Shown: positions 1 through 13,752, counted from the whole stretch's first letter. The stretch is 63,757 nucleotides of DNA, filler included, from Octopus bimaculoides (GCF_001194135.2; 7 parts of 7 records of this genome joined end to end with filler, not necessarily neighbours in it); one strand, 5' to 3'. A program made the numbers and translations. Notes: a model not told the origin generated them from the sequence alone.

Positions 1-66
1 ATATATATATATATATATCTTTGGGTATATATATACATAATCAATCTTTGGATTGTTCCCTTACTC

Positions 67-100
67 TTTTCCGATGAAGAGCTATGCGCGAAACGTCAAA
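67..100 (+). ncRNA. Decayed minimal type I hammerhead-like motif in a short PLE-type repeat
   Basis: TTTT-CCGATGA-A-GAGC tat GCGC-GAAA-CGTC-AAA. The core has U4>C, stem II has one mismatch, stem III is the palindromic ACGT, and the site is GUC. Confidence 0.35.
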
Positions 101-307
101 CATACTCCTTTCACCGATCTTGAAGCTAATAATCATTTTGTACACATCCTCATATATTCACGTTTTCGTCTGTTTAATTTTAATTGTTCGTTTATTTGAA
201 TTGATTACACATACACACACACAAACACCCATACACGCACACAAACACAACACACACACATCTGTGTACATATTTAGAAGATGGCTTGATGTGATGCATC
301 ATGTTAT

Positions 308-359
308 GACCAACAGTTTCGTATCTAGAAGGTTCTTAGCTATACATACGTATCGTCAG
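308..359 (-). ncRNA. Hammerhead core remnant at the 3' end of the PLE
   Basis: Minus strand reads CTGACGA-tac-GTAT...ATAC-GAAA-C-tgttg-GTC. The core is intact but there is no convincing stem I. Confidence 0.4.
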
Positions 360-849
360 AGCAGTTGGCCGGAGGAACACAGCCTTTCTGCCTCTAGGAC
401 AAGAAACATGTAATGCTCAGATAATGCTGTTAAGAAACGTCTCGGAAATAAATGTTACTGGCAATAAATCAGGATGAGATGCAGCTGTCTTCCGTACATT
501 AGTTGCAGTTGCACCTAAATGGGATTAGTGTATGAACGATTTTCCCTTGTCGAGGGGCGAGCAATTCCATATTTTCAACACGTCTTCTAAATAGGTCACT
601 GACTAAACCTTTTGTCTTTTGAACTGGTTAATTGAGTGGTTCAGGAGTCTTGCTTTTTGGCGCCAAGCAATGTTTACATTCTTTGCTCCCGTATGTTCAA
701 GAAGCCTCTATTTTGTAATTAATGGTTTACCGTTTTATTTTAAACTCCATACATAGCTGGCCATGGAGGTGACATTTTGGCTCTGTGATATCCTGATATA
801 AATTGTGATTATACTCTCTATAGATCCAACAAATTTCCGTGTCTTTATC

Positions 850-1220
850 CTTGTGCTGGTGGTGTTGCATTTGTTGTTGTTGCTGTCGTTATCGCTGGCG
901 TTGCGGTTGTTACAACTAGGTGCGTTTCTGGTGAGGGTGTTGTGGTTGTTGTTGTTGTTGTTGCTGCTGCTATCGCTGCCATTGTTGCCGTTATTGCTGG
1001 ATGAGATTCTGGTGCCGACGTTACTGATACTGTCAGTGTCATTTTTGTTGATGTTCTGCTGTATCGCTATTGTTGCCATTGTTGCAGCTACTGCCTGACG
1101 TGTCGCTGCTCTTGTTGCAGCTGCCACCACCTGCTGTATTTATAGTTACTGTTACTGGCGGATGCGTTTTTAGTTACGTTGCTCTTCTTGCCTCTCACGC
1201 TTCTGCTACTGCTGCTGCCG
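850..1220. repeat. Degenerate (TTG)/(CTG) trinucleotide low-complexity tract inside the PLE linker
   Basis: Runs of gttgttgtt and gctgctgct. These explain the poly-N/T/L ORFs at 735-1309. Confidence 0.85.
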
Positions 1221-1764
1221 TTATTGCCGGACACCATCTTAGCAACATGGACCATTGTTTCGATGTTGTATCAATCACCCATCTGGCACTCCTTGCTAAC
1301 ATTGCATAGGTATCTTGCCTGTGGGTGAGATTTAGGAGTGTTCATTAGTGTTTTTTGAAGTTGGTTGCACAGCAGTAAAAGATCCCTAAGTTCTGTCTAT
1401 TTCACAACCACCCGTATCTACATGACTATGTGAGGTATTTGTCCACTAATCTTTTTAAAAATCCTTCCAACACAGGTCTTGGCTTTGGACGAGAGGGTAG
1501 GGTAAACCATACAGCTGTTGTGGGGCGTCTCGCTTTGCGGGAGTGAGGAACTGACTTATAAGGGGATGCAGTCATTATATCCACTGGACGCCAAAACCTC
1601 GTTGTATTAGTGGGCCGTTGCGTTGGAAACGTCTTTACTTTCCATTGTCGTTTACCTCACTGCGAACTCTAAGTTATTGTACCTAGCAAATTATGGAACC
1701 CTTCGTGTCGATATGCCTAGATTGTATTGTACCAATTTACACAAACACACACAAACACATATAC

Positions 1765-1805
<41 letters not shown>

Positions 1806-3139
1806 TATATANNNNNNNNNNNNNNNNNNNNNNNNNNNNNNNNNNNNNNNNNNNNNNNNNNNNNNNNNNNNNNNNNNNNNNNNNNNNNNNNNNNNTATAT
1901 AATATAATATATATATATAATATCTCAAACCGTAATTCAATAAAAATGTGATAACTGAATTATAGCAAACATCGTATATTTTACAAGATACAAAATCATA
2001 GCTATTAATTAAATCGATAAGAAAGAAACATTTCCATTATTAGAAATAAATGAATGTGTATTTAACCAAACATATTTCGTTTTGGTTTTGATTCCTTTCT
2101 TCTTTTAATTCCTTTTGTTCATAGGGACGAAAAATAACAATCAATAGAATTATTCTGCATTGAATTTAGTCGACGGCTTTTTATGCTCGTGGTGTTTACA
2201 ACTAAGAAGCTGCATTTTCTAACACTATTGTTTATTTGAGGTACTTAATGTGTTGATTAAGAAGTTCTGGAAACGCTTATAGCATTCATCGTGATTCTTT
2301 AAGTTTTATCTATCGTTTTGTTATTTTTCACTTATTTCATCCTTTCTATGTTTTATTACTCCTGATTTTATCGATTCTAAGTTGTAAGTATATTTCCGTT
2401 CAAAAATATGTCGACGAAACCTTGGTGTTCTTTAATTTTGCATCCTTATATTGAAGTTTAATTTCATTTCTGATTCTATTGGTAATCATTTTCATATATT
2501 TGTTGCAAGATATTGTGTAATTCGATTCATTGATATTTTTTTAATAATTTTAACTGTTATTGGCGTATATTTATATTTAATGTCGGTATTATTACACATC
2601 AGCAATGTATCTATTTTTTCATTACATCGTTTTCTTTATAAAACACTTTTCTTTGGCATCAACGAAAATGTCGTTATATCATAACGATCATCTATTATTA
2701 TTGGCGAACAATGTTCTGTATTCTCTAAAATACAGTTTTGTTTCCTAAATATATTGATTTGTCATATTGACATAAAAACCTAAACATTTTAAAGTAAGAG
2801 TGAAGGCAGCTTAATCGAACGTCAAATTCCAGCTGGCAATACTGAACCTAGGCAACATGAAATGTGAAGTCTTGGACCTCATTACAGAAAGGTCGCTAAG
2901 ACTGATGGCAGCATGACCGGCCAACAAACACTTTTTCCTCTACATCTTTTTACTCCAACGTGTTGCCTGGCTTTAACACGTAAATAACACCCCAGCCCCC
3001 AATATATTTCCATCTATTATTTTCTAGTGTATTATCTTATCTGAAACGGAAAAGTAAGTGACAATGCCGGCTTCAGTAAAATTGAAGCTCAAAGCATTAA
3101 TGCATCAGAATTATAAATATCACATTCAGCCATTTATTT

Positions 3140-3234
3140 TTGTTATTGTTATTATCATTATTATCATTATTATTATTATCATTATTATTATTATTATTAT
3201 TATCATTATTATTATTATTATTATCATTATTATT

Positions 3235-3269
<35 letters not shown>

Positions 3270-3272
3270 TAC
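3140..3272. repeat. (ATT)n/(ATC) microsatellite
   Basis: Directly visible. Confidence 0.95.
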
Positions 3273-3660
3273 TATTTCGCATTGAAACGTCATGACATAT
3301 CTCCGTGTGTATTGATTATCAATATTGTCTATTTCCATTTATTAATATGAATGAATGTTATTGGAATATTAGGAAAATGTTGAACTGTGTGTGTTTAACT
3401 CAGGACAACCAAACAGTAAGCTACACAAAATATCATCAGTAACTATATCGTTTTCATTGGCCTTTGAAATAACACACTTATCTATTTAGCTACTATTTCT
3501 TATGCATATCCTAAGAAAAATACGCAATGTTTATGTTTTGGCTACAACGAAGGTATAATTGAAAATTGTCTACATGTGTATAAATTAGTTATCTTTCATG
3601 GTGCGCGGCCCGAGTAATATTTCTTACGTATGCGCTATACCACAAATTTATGAAGTTTTA

Positions 3661-3763
3661 GTCGATTAAATGATTTAATAGTTTGACTAGTATTTAATTT
3701 TATCGACAGCGGGTGGATGAAAAGAAAAATTGGCAATAATGGAATCTGAAATCAAAACGTAAA
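3661..3763 (-). mobile_element. Decayed tRNA-derived SINE fragment (family B, GGCGGCGAGCTGGCAG type)
   Basis: gtcgatta...tatttaattttatcgac...ggatgaaa...aacgtaaa aligns by eye with the copy at 47054-47267. Confidence 0.5.
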
Positions 3764-4524
3764 CAGGCGGTGATATACTTTGTCCGATAGAAGAATGATT
3801 CTATCAACCATCGTTGTTAAGTAGTGCTAAACATAATAAAATCCGTTCGATTGTCTTCATATCTCTTAGCAATGAATAACCTATAGCGTTTTATTAATTG
3901 GTCATTATAACAGAAATTCAGCTGAATATTACTCTGTTATTACATTGAACGTCATTACAACTTTATAGATGTGTGGTATTTGTTTGGATATTTGTGTGTG
4001 TGTGTGCGTATGTGTGTGTGCGTGTATGTGTGTGCGTGTATGTGTGAGTGTGTGTGTATGTGTGTGTGTGTGCGCGCGTGTGTGTGTGTGTTTTATGTCA
4101 TTACTCTTAAAGTTGCATATATATATACAAATTAATCCATATGAATGGAAAGGCAACAAACGGAAGTGTTGACACTAATATATCTCACTCAAAACTGGCA
4201 TGCATGAAACAACCTCAATAAAGAGAGGTTGCGATAAATGAAATTTTGGATTTCAGAGATATTTACGCAGATAATAACAACATTACCGTTACGATCATCT
4301 GAATTCAGTGTTTCAGAATGCCATGTATTAACAATGTCATCGATAGTAGATGATCTAATATAAATTTGGTCATCATTTAGACAACAAACATTTATTCTAT
4401 GCCAAAAGTTTGGAAGTTTACTCTCATGTTATTGTTTAACAAATCATCTTTGATTGGGCAGACAAATGATCAAAGGCAACCTTAGGTAGCCTACTCCATC
4501 AGAGGAGAAGTTTAGTTAAAAAGG

Positions 4525-4572
4525 GTGAGTCTCTGGGCACACTAGACCTGCTAAGGCTAGCAGAGAAATCCC
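4525..4572 (+). repeat. Dispersed repeat fragment (GACCTGCTAGAAATAGCAGCCAAAT-like motif)
   Basis: Related copies occur at 35826-35862 (+) and 37370-37399 (-). Confidence 0.4.
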
Positions 4573-4861
4573 TTCCAAAACGTATAAAAATGTGATGTCG
4601 TAATCACACTTACGACATGTATTTCGTAGGAAAAATGAAGCATGGCGAAATTGGAACGAATTTTCTGCAACATATTACTGGTACTTTACTAATGATATAA
4701 CATATCGCTATTAAAGTTGATTAAAATGTTAGTCACAATTTGTTATAAAATGGAAAAATAAATATATCTATTATATCAGAAACGTGCATCACCTACCCTT
4801 TGCTCTTACAATTTGTGGAAAAATTAAAGTTTTCGTGAAGTGAAAATAGAGAAGTTCCTAG

Positions 4862-4894
<33 letters not shown>

Positions 4895-5317
4895 GATCGC
4901 TTCCAAAGCAATTTCTATCTACAAAACAGCAACTGTTATTTATGAATATCAGTGTTAATATCAGTGCTATGTCTTGCGTAACGGAATGCAAACTTAGAAT
5001 CAAGTCAGGGAGACTAATCTTATCCGCGTTTAACATTAAATTACCATCGGATTGTGGCTGTGGCTACCGACTAAAAAGGAAATAATTATTCAAAAGACTT
5101 ATACGAAACAGACCTATACTAATTTTTCCGGTTCTCGGGAAAACCAACGTGAGCTCAAACTGCCTGAAGGATGGTGTGAGCTTGTAGAGGCAACCTTTTG
5201 CAAAGATATTTACTTCTGATAGTTCTTCATTAAGTAACATTCTTGCTTATAATTCTACCACCTGTATGCTACGTAAATGCACCAGTTAGCCTGTGTTACT
5301 CTCTCTTTCTCTCTCTT

Positions 5318-5318
<1 letters not shown>

Positions 5319-5395
<77 letters not shown>
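5319..5395. repeat. Compound (CT)n(AT)n microsatellite
   Basis: Directly visible. Confidence 0.95.
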
Positions 5396-5397
<2 letters not shown>

Positions 5398-5570
5398 TTT
5401 GTGTGACTTTACATATATATTTTAACAAGTTGTATTTATTTATCATCCGACGTGATATATCTGCACCACCGGATACTCGTGAACCAGTTGTTGAGTGTCC
5501 CACCCAAGAGGACTTGATGCTAGACGTGTGGAAACAATTGTGATTAATAATAAATTCTTGTATATTCCAT

Positions 5571-5616
5571 CTTCTATCTTTCATTTGCTGTATATACAGC
5601 AAATGAAAGATAGAAG
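5571..5616. repeat. Perfect 46-bp palindrome
   Basis: cttctatctttcatttgctgta-TA-tacagcaaatgaaagatagaag. Confidence 0.95.
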
Positions 5617-5756
5617 GTTGCAAATTATGTCGCTATCGTTCTCCTGTAGTCTTACTTTTATTGTCGTGGATTGCCTTTTGTTTATCTCTCATGCTGTTAT
5701 TAGTTTTATTGTCTTCTTTTAGATCATGTATATGTCTCTCATCAATTACACTCATT

Positions 5757-5781
5757 ATTATTATTATTGTTATTGTTATTA

Positions 5782-5852
<71 letters not shown>
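5757..5852. repeat. (TAT)n microsatellite
   Basis: Directly visible. Confidence 0.95.
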
Positions 5853-5853
<1 letters not shown>

Positions 5854-6307
5854 TTATGTTTGACTTTTGTTTTGCATTTGTACAAGTTGGATCCAAGTCA
5901 CACCCAGAGACCTCAAGAGACAACAAGTTAGAAGTTCATGTAGGTGTTATGCCTAGGGTACCATATATTTGGATTTGTACAGTTTTGTTCAAGTGAATGT
6001 TTAAGAAACCATAAGAAAATTATGTGTTTGCTTTAAAATTTGAGATCACATAGNNNNNNNNNNNNNNNNNNNNNNNNNNNNNNNNNNNNNNNNNNNNNNN
6101 NNNNNNNNNNNNNNNNNNNNNNNNNNNNNNNNNNNNNNNNNNNNNNNNNNNNNNNNNNNNNNNNNNNNNNNNNNNNNNNNNNNNNNNNNNNNNNNNNNNN
6201 NNNNNNNNNNNNNNNNNNNNNNNNNNNNNNNNNNNNNNNNNNNNNNNNNNNNNNNNNNNNNNNNNNNNNNNNNNNNNNNNNNNNNNNNNNNNNNNNNNNN
6301 NNNNNNN

Positions 6308-6374
<67 letters not shown>

Positions 6375-8449
6375 GTGTGTATTTGTGTATATATATATGT
6401 ATGTAGTATGCATGAGTGTGTGTGCGCCTGTTTCTCTGTGTGTTTGTACATATTGTGAATGTTCAGTGCGAGCTCGATGGAATATACATGCAACTCCAAA
6501 TTCCCAGCTCTTCTTATAGTAAGTATATTATGGAATTTTACTCTATTATATGTTGCCGTCGCCCTCAGAACCGCTATGCTGAAAAGGCTATCACATATAT
6601 CAACTACGACATTATCTAAAGCTGTTTAGTTTTCTGTAGTTCTTAGTAACTTTGATTAATATCTTTCACTTCTGAGGTCTTGACACATAAATTATAGTAC
6701 ATGTTTTGTACTCATTTATGAAGAAGCAAGATCAGTTAGCCAATCGCCTTGTCTTATGTGCATTGACACTCCATCATCGAATGCAATTTTCTAAAGTTCA
6801 TATTAATTCCATTTCAGTTGCAGTATCTACTATATAATGCAAGGTCTTTACCATGTTGGGATCACTAGATTCAAAATTCTGGCTCTCAGCAAACTGAGTG
6901 TTATATAGTAAAATGGAAACCAGTAATTACTTCGCAAAATCTTCCCTTCAATTTTATTTGTTATAGACGTGCAAAATGTTTTATTCTTATCGTTGATAAT
7001 GTCTCAAGTTGATAATGTCTCAAGTGTAACGTCACTTTCCCCTTTTATAAGTGCGTGTTTATGTTCTATGTATTATATATATATATATACTCACACGCAC
7101 ACACACACCGGTACATATATGTGTACGTGTGTGTGTGTATGCTGTGTGTGTTTGTGTGTGTGAGTGTGTGTGCAGGAATATACTCACAATCACATATATA
7201 AGTCAGTTACTTTCTTCTGGCCTTTGAACCATAGATGCAGAACATAACAGTAAGTGTTGCAAGATCTCTCTTTGTACGGTATTCTACATGACGTAATTTT
7301 TTCTGTTGATAAAAGCAAATTCACTTCTCCGTCCATACTGGTATCTATGTACAGCGACATTGAAAGTGTTGTAACCTCTAAGATCTTTCTGTAGATAATG
7401 TATGATATTGTGAGCACCAATGTTGATATGGAAAAGGCGATATGATAACAATTAGAAAGCAAACAGCCTTTCTGGATTGAGCACCTCTACCGCAGACTCT
7501 CGGCCATTATCGTTTCAGACTTATATTTCACTGTTAAAGAGAACATAATTCTAATCTCCACCTTCCATTTTGCTTCTTTCTGTTTTAGTGTTTGTTTACT
7601 GCATTTTCAAGTTGCATATTTTATATCTACTTCTATCTCACATTTTCTCATTTTTTGTCTCATCTTATCGTCGTATTTGTAGATTGTTATGCCATGTGAG
7701 CATTGCCTGAAGATTGCACTAAGGCACCATGCTTATTAAAAAGTAGTGTCTGAAATGCTTTCATCGCATGAAACTTAAAGAATCACATATATATTGTGTT
7801 TATTAGATATTATTTATCACTCACCAGATGGAGTACTTTTTTTTATCTTATCATTAAGGAAGAGTACCCTATGTATGCATATATATATACATACGTACAT
7901 ACATATAACACACACACACACACACTCATATATATATATACATGCACGTATTAATGTTGGCATCGTTACCCACATTAAGGGTCTAACCGAGCAAATGTAT
8001 TATGAGAAACAACCAAACGTACTTAGCCCTTTCATTTTTTACTCAATAATAATGTTTTAAAGTTATCATTTAACCGCAGTGTATTCTTTTTTAAAAGCAG
8101 TCTGTTGTAAACTGATCTTGATTTTGCTGTTACTTTTAACAAGTAGAGAAATCTATGAATTTCTTAATTTTTAAAAAATTTTTTTATCGATTCCTTCGAA
8201 ATTATTTTAAACTAATAAGTGATATCTGTATATGTACAAGAAATGGTAAATCTAAAACATGGAACGTGGCTGTTGCTAAATGTGATATAATTTCACATAT
8301 ATCTTCGTCACAAAACTAGCAGAAAAAAAATTGTAGTATGTCGATTATATCAATGGTTGTAGTTAATTAGCAAGTATTTTACCGACACTAGAGAAATTGA
8401 ATTGCTATCGTCGTCGTAACAATCCCGTGAATTCGAGGGTGATGATTTT

Positions 8450-9535
8450 TTTAAAATTACTGATGGACCTTGACTTGGTTCGTGAATGAATTTCTTGTTC
8501 AGATGCTCTTTCCGCATGCTCGTTGTTGGTGTATCTCTTCTGTGAATCTTTTTTTCTTATTACTCGGCAGTCCTACTGATGTCAAGCATTGCTATTCCCT
8601 CTTTGATGATAGATCATCAGCGATCTCTATCCTGAGCATTTCTCTCCCTGCTTTCACTGTCAATATCACATTTGTTGAAGTTAGCTTTCACAGCATCTTT
8701 GAATCATTTCTTTTTCTCACCATTTCCTTGTTTTCTTTCTTTTAGCTGAGTAAGAGAAACTACTTAGGGAGGCGATTATCTTTCATCTGGACAACGGGAC
8801 AAGTCCATCTCTGTTTTTTTTTTTATGATCATAGATTCAATGGGGGCCATGTTGCCTATTTCCAACACGCTGATGTCCTTCTTTCTTCCAAGCTGATGTC
8901 GAGAATAATTTGAAGGCTGTGTCGGTGGTACCTTCCGAAAGCTTTTATTTGTCATTTTTACGTAGTCCCGGTCATGGGAGAGTATAGAAGCGTGAAGATG
9001 GTTGCTACCTTGTATACCATCATCTTTGCGTTCGAAAGTTTACATCCTGATAAGCTCTTGTTAGGAGATGGCCAAAGAAGTACCGGCGCTTTCGAGACGA
9101 TGCTGGATCTCGCCATCGATGCCAGCATTGGAATAAAGACGACTTTTCAGATATAGAAAATGATTCACGATTTCTACGGCTGCACCCTCAATTCCAATGG
9201 CTAGTTGTGCACTGTTTGTCTCGATTGGTTATGGTTGGAAGATGACTTATGTCTCTTTTTAATCGATGGTGAGTTCTAATTTTCTATAACCTTGATGGTA
9301 GGTATTGAGGATTTGTTGCAAATTTTCTACGGACAGTGCCGCAATGCTGTTATCATCAGCATATTGAAACACGATGATGCAGCATGTTGGTTTTCGGACA
9401 TCTATCAGGAAAGATTTAAGAGCCTTTCATCGGTTCTACAGGTAATTTCAACTGAGAGGAAATCACCTGTGATGACTTCATTGACGGTGGTAATGTAGAC
9501 AGTGAATTGTGTGGTGGCTCTGACGCAGCCTCATG
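8450..9535 (-). mobile_element. RTE-clade LINE, 3' part of RT ORF, pseudogenised
   Basis: Minus-strand motifs GCVRATTQFTVY, RTDERLLNL, NAGIDGEIQHRL, KMMVYKV, RW..VVQMKDNRLPK and FKDAVKANFNKCDID...QDRDR match RTE RT/thumb C-termini. Many stops. Confidence 0.85.
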
Positions 9536-11114
9536 ATCTTACTTAAAACGGTCCAGTGTCATTGAGTAAAAGTATGTACAGAGTTAGAATTAAATTCCAA
9601 AAAGGAAGTACTTTGTCTAACATTATGATTGCTTCCAAGAAATTTAGGACTACAAATCTTTCTTTGGAATTCACCACTAAATTATTTATGAATTCTGTTA
9701 TTCATACACTAAAATTATTTAACGTTCATTATCAAAATATATATCTTCCACACTAAATTTATTTTGCTAAATTTTTCTATTATCTAAATCGCATTTTCGT
9801 ATCCACGGTTTATGAATTAAACAGCATCAATTTACTAAGCTATGTACATACATCTATACACGTGCACACATAAATACACAGAAACATACATACACTAAAT
9901 ATTATAATCGGTAGCACCATGAATGTGGCAGCTATTCGATAGAAAATTGCTTTACAACAAATTACTCAAAATTAAGCTATAGATCGGCACAAAATAGTGT
10001 ACAGATATATATATTTAACTTGTCTGGGGAGCAAGACAATCTGTAATCTTACACCGAACGAAACATTTTATAAAACATGGAGAGCGATGTATCGAACGTA
10101 CGAAAACCTCATCAAGGAAAGATCAAAGGAAACTTTACATGCGCAGTTTAATAATATAAAAGTTTTGGCAAATATCGGTGGTAGAGGTTAAATTAATAAA
10201 TAACTTAAAATAAACTGAAGAGTTGAAAATTACGTGTCAGCAAAAGTACTAAGACGTGATTGATGTGATGGCTTCCTGCAAACAGAAAATCGTGTTTATA
10301 ATGTTTCATGATTAACAATTTATAGTCTTCTACAAGCTGGAAAGTGAAGAATGGCCTATTTAAAAAAGTTATCTTCCCTATGTGCGCTATGTAGATGTGT
10401 ATCTACATTTATACCATATACATACATGCATATATATATATATATATANNNNNNNNNNNNNNNNNNNNNNNNNNNNNNNNNNNNNNNNNNNNNNNNNNNN
10501 NNNNNNNNNNNNNNNNNNNNNNNNNNNNNNNNNNNNNNNNNNNNNNNNNNNNNNNNNNNNNNNNNNNNNNNNNNNNNNNNNNNNNNNNNNNNNNNNNNNN
10601 NNNNNNNNNNNNNNNNNNNNNNNNNNNNNNNNNNNNNNNNNNNNNNNNNNNNNNNNNNNNNNNNNNNNNNNNNNNNNNNNNNNNNNNNNNNNNNNNNNNN
10701 NNNNNNNNNNNNNNNNNNNNNNNNNNNNNNNNNNNNNNNNNNNNNNNNNNNNNNNNNNNNNNNNNNNNNNNNNNNNNNNNNNNNNNNNNNNNNNNNNNNN
10801 NNNNNNNNNNNNNNNNNNNNNNNNNNNNNNNNNNNNNNNNNNNNNNNNNNNNNNNNNNNNNNNNNNNNNNNNNNNNNNNNNNNNNNNNNNNNNNNNNNNN
10901 NNNNNNNNNNNNNNNNNNNNNNNNNNNNNNNNNNNNNNNNNNNNNNNNNNNNNNNNNNNNNNNNNNNNNNNNNNNNNNNNNNNNNNNNNNNNNNNNNNNN
11001 NNNNNNNNNNNNNNNNNNNNNNNNNNNNNNNNNNNNNNNNNNNNNNNNNNNNNNNNNNNNNNNNNNNNNNNNNNNNNNNNNNNNNNNNNNNNNNNNNNNN
11101 NNNNNNNNNNNNNN

Positions 11115-11147
<33 letters not shown>

Positions 11148-11354
11148 GCGCGTGGATGTGGGTGTGTAGGTGTGTATGTACGTATGTAAAGAGTGTTTGA
11201 AGTGATGTACAGATATATATTAAGAAGGAGACAGAGTTTTGGATAATTCTTCATTAGCGCTTTTGTGCGTTTAATAGGATTCTTCAGATAAATATATACT
11301 AGCAGAAATACCCAGCCTTACTCGGGATTAAAATGGCAGTTTTCTTTTTTATAG

Positions 11355-11550
11355 TTTTACTTGTTTAAATCATGTGACTGCGGCCATGCAGGAGCACCGC
11401 CTTTGATGGAACAAATGGAACACAGGATTTATAATTTATAACTCTATTACTTATTCTATCAGTATCTTTTGCCGAACCGCTACGTTATGTGAATTTAAAA
11501 ACCGCGATATCGGTTGTCAAGCAATGGTGAGAATACAAACACAGACACAC
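11355..11550 (-). mobile_element. tRNA-derived SINE family A, 3' half
   Basis: ttacttgttt...gactgcggccatgc.ggagcaccgcc...tttgccgaaccgcta...ggttgtcaagc is the reverse complement of 17230-17400. Confidence 0.8.
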
Positions 11551-12007
11551 CCACACGGAAACACTACCACCACCACCCACACACACGTATATATACAGAC
11601 AGAGAGACAGGCAGAGGAGTGGTATATTAAGTACATTAATACGCATTAATTAATCAAGACATTCCTTGTGAAAATCAATATTCCTCCTGCAGAATGAAAA
11701 AAACCTTCAATTTTGACAGAAAAATATCATTCTCTTCTACAGTAATGCAGTGGTAATCAAAGATATTTACCTGTATTTACCTGTGGTTTCAATATATTAT
11801 TGTAGTTTACTACAGAAGATGCCAATGCTATGAAGTTAACAAAGGATAACTGGAACTGTATACGTTTCAGACAGTAAAAGTGAATCAAAGTACTATTGAA
11901 TTCGTTTATATGACAATACGACAAATTGCACTTTATTTGTATAGATAAAACTCAACATGTCAACTTACATGCGAATCTCACAAGACCAAATTGTAACTAA
12001 AATAAGA

Positions 12008-12028
12008 GCAGCAGCAGCAGCAGCAGCT

Positions 12029-12089
<61 letters not shown>
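12008..12089. repeat. Compound (GCA)n(GTA)n microsatellite
   Basis: Directly visible. Confidence 0.95.
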
Positions 12090-13752
12090 CCCTGCCAGTT
12101 CTAAATTGTCGAAGGGGGAAAACAATTATAGAAACTTACTGAGAGCATTCGTCTCTGCGTGTTTCCACACAGCACGCGCGCGCACACACATATATATACA
12201 CATACATACATTCACACACACAAACACACACACATATATATTTATAGACACAACAACACTCGCAAGCACAGGTGTACACGCACACACACACAAGTATACG
12301 AAAACATGTGTGTATGTGAATGCATGTGTGTGTGAGTCTGTGCGTTATTGTAAATGTTATTGTAAATGTGTAAAAGGTAAAGTGAATTTTATTTTCTTTG
12401 GCCGAAAGATAGGAAATCAATTTCACTTTTCCATTTAACATATTTATCTGAGATAATTCAATGAATGTTCTAAGTGGAAATCACTCGTATAATATTCATT
12501 AAACGTAATTTTTGAAATGTTACACAAGGAAGTAGCTTTGTTATAAAAGCTCGAATAACCGATGTATGGCTTTCTTATTTGCGGCATTGGTATAGCTGTT
12601 AACCTGAACAATGCTGATATATCCTAAAACAAAAATCAAGTGAAGATGTGTTTTCATCATAATTGTATGCATTGAAATGGCAGACAATTCCACTATACAA
12701 TTTCAAGCAGTAATAACTTTTGTATTACATAATGATTGATTGTAATAACACAGAATAATAGTTTGCATAACAACTTGCATCAAGTAGTACCATCAGATCT
12801 ATTAGCAACAATACATACATATACACATATGTGTATGTATGTGTATGTGTGTACGTGGGTTGTGTGCATAAATATATATATATGTATTTCATTGTGTATA
12901 TACATATACATATGCGTGTGTTCATGTATACATGTGTTTATCGGCGTGTGTATGAGGAATATTAATATAACTTTGTATGTAAATGCAAATACATGGGTGC
13001 GTGTGTGTGTGTGCCCGCGCGTCTACTTGTACGTATATATCAATGTATATGTATGAGCAAGTGTGATTGTAAGTCTGTGAGAATCTGTGTCGAATTGTGT
13101 CTCTTTAACTCAAAACTGCAATTTAGAGATGAAATAATGGAGTCAGAAATAAGATCGATTTGTAGTTTAATAAGTCAACATATAAACTTCTTAAAATTCA
13201 TCTATATCATTAAAACAAAATTAAAGCTTTGCATCTGCTTCGGGTTATTTTATTCATTGTTCTTTCAAATAATTTTAACTCCTACTTTTCCATATACTCA
13301 GTTTCGAAAGATACGTATAATTTCTGGTTTCATACGCTTAAGTCACACAATATTTTTTTAAAGTTCTTTTTTTCTGTATCTAGGACTATATTATTCAATA
13401 TTTCCTTCGAATCACATACAGTGTCTCAAGAAATTACAATAACAAAATATAGAATGGATTCGTTAGATATTGTATTTGTGGATCTAAAGCAAAAGTGTTA
13501 CAGTTAGAAAATATTTGATTAGAAGACTTGTTGACACAGCCGACCGGGTGTTTAACACAATTTCTTGTTATATCTGCACCGCTATTATGATGTTTCTCGT
13601 TAGCAAAATTTTGATATTTCTGTACCGCTATTATGATGTTTCTCGTTAGCGTTCTTTTCGGTGGGAATGAGTATTTTCTGATACCCATCCTCCTTTCAAC
13701 TTACTTTCGTTTCACCCTCCTACTCCTATTCATCTTCTGATTGTTCCCTAAA

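Larger units (their letters stand above)
300..1730 (-). mobile_element. Penelope-like retroelement 3' remnant (RT thumb/linker + GIY-YIG endonuclease), frameshifted
   Basis: Minus-strand translation gives YNEVLASSGY, RKARRPTTAVWFT, AKTCVGRIF/RLVDKY, then RKFVGSIES...TSMASYVWSLK and ECKHCLA-KARLL. These match the PLE thumb and C-terminal GIY-YIG motifs in the expected order. Confidence 0.75.

Noticed and set aside
359-418. Plus-strand CGGAGGA...GAAACATGTA hammerhead-like motif
   Set aside because: The core has U4>G, stem II is unconvincing and stem I is not adjacent to the core.
805-1098. Leu-rich signal-peptide/membrane-like ORF
   Set aside because: It is the antisense reading of the CAA/GCA repeat inside the PLE.
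5500-5545. CCCAAGA...GAAACAATTGTG motif
   Set aside because: Two core mismatches, no stem II and a non-cleavable GUG triplet.
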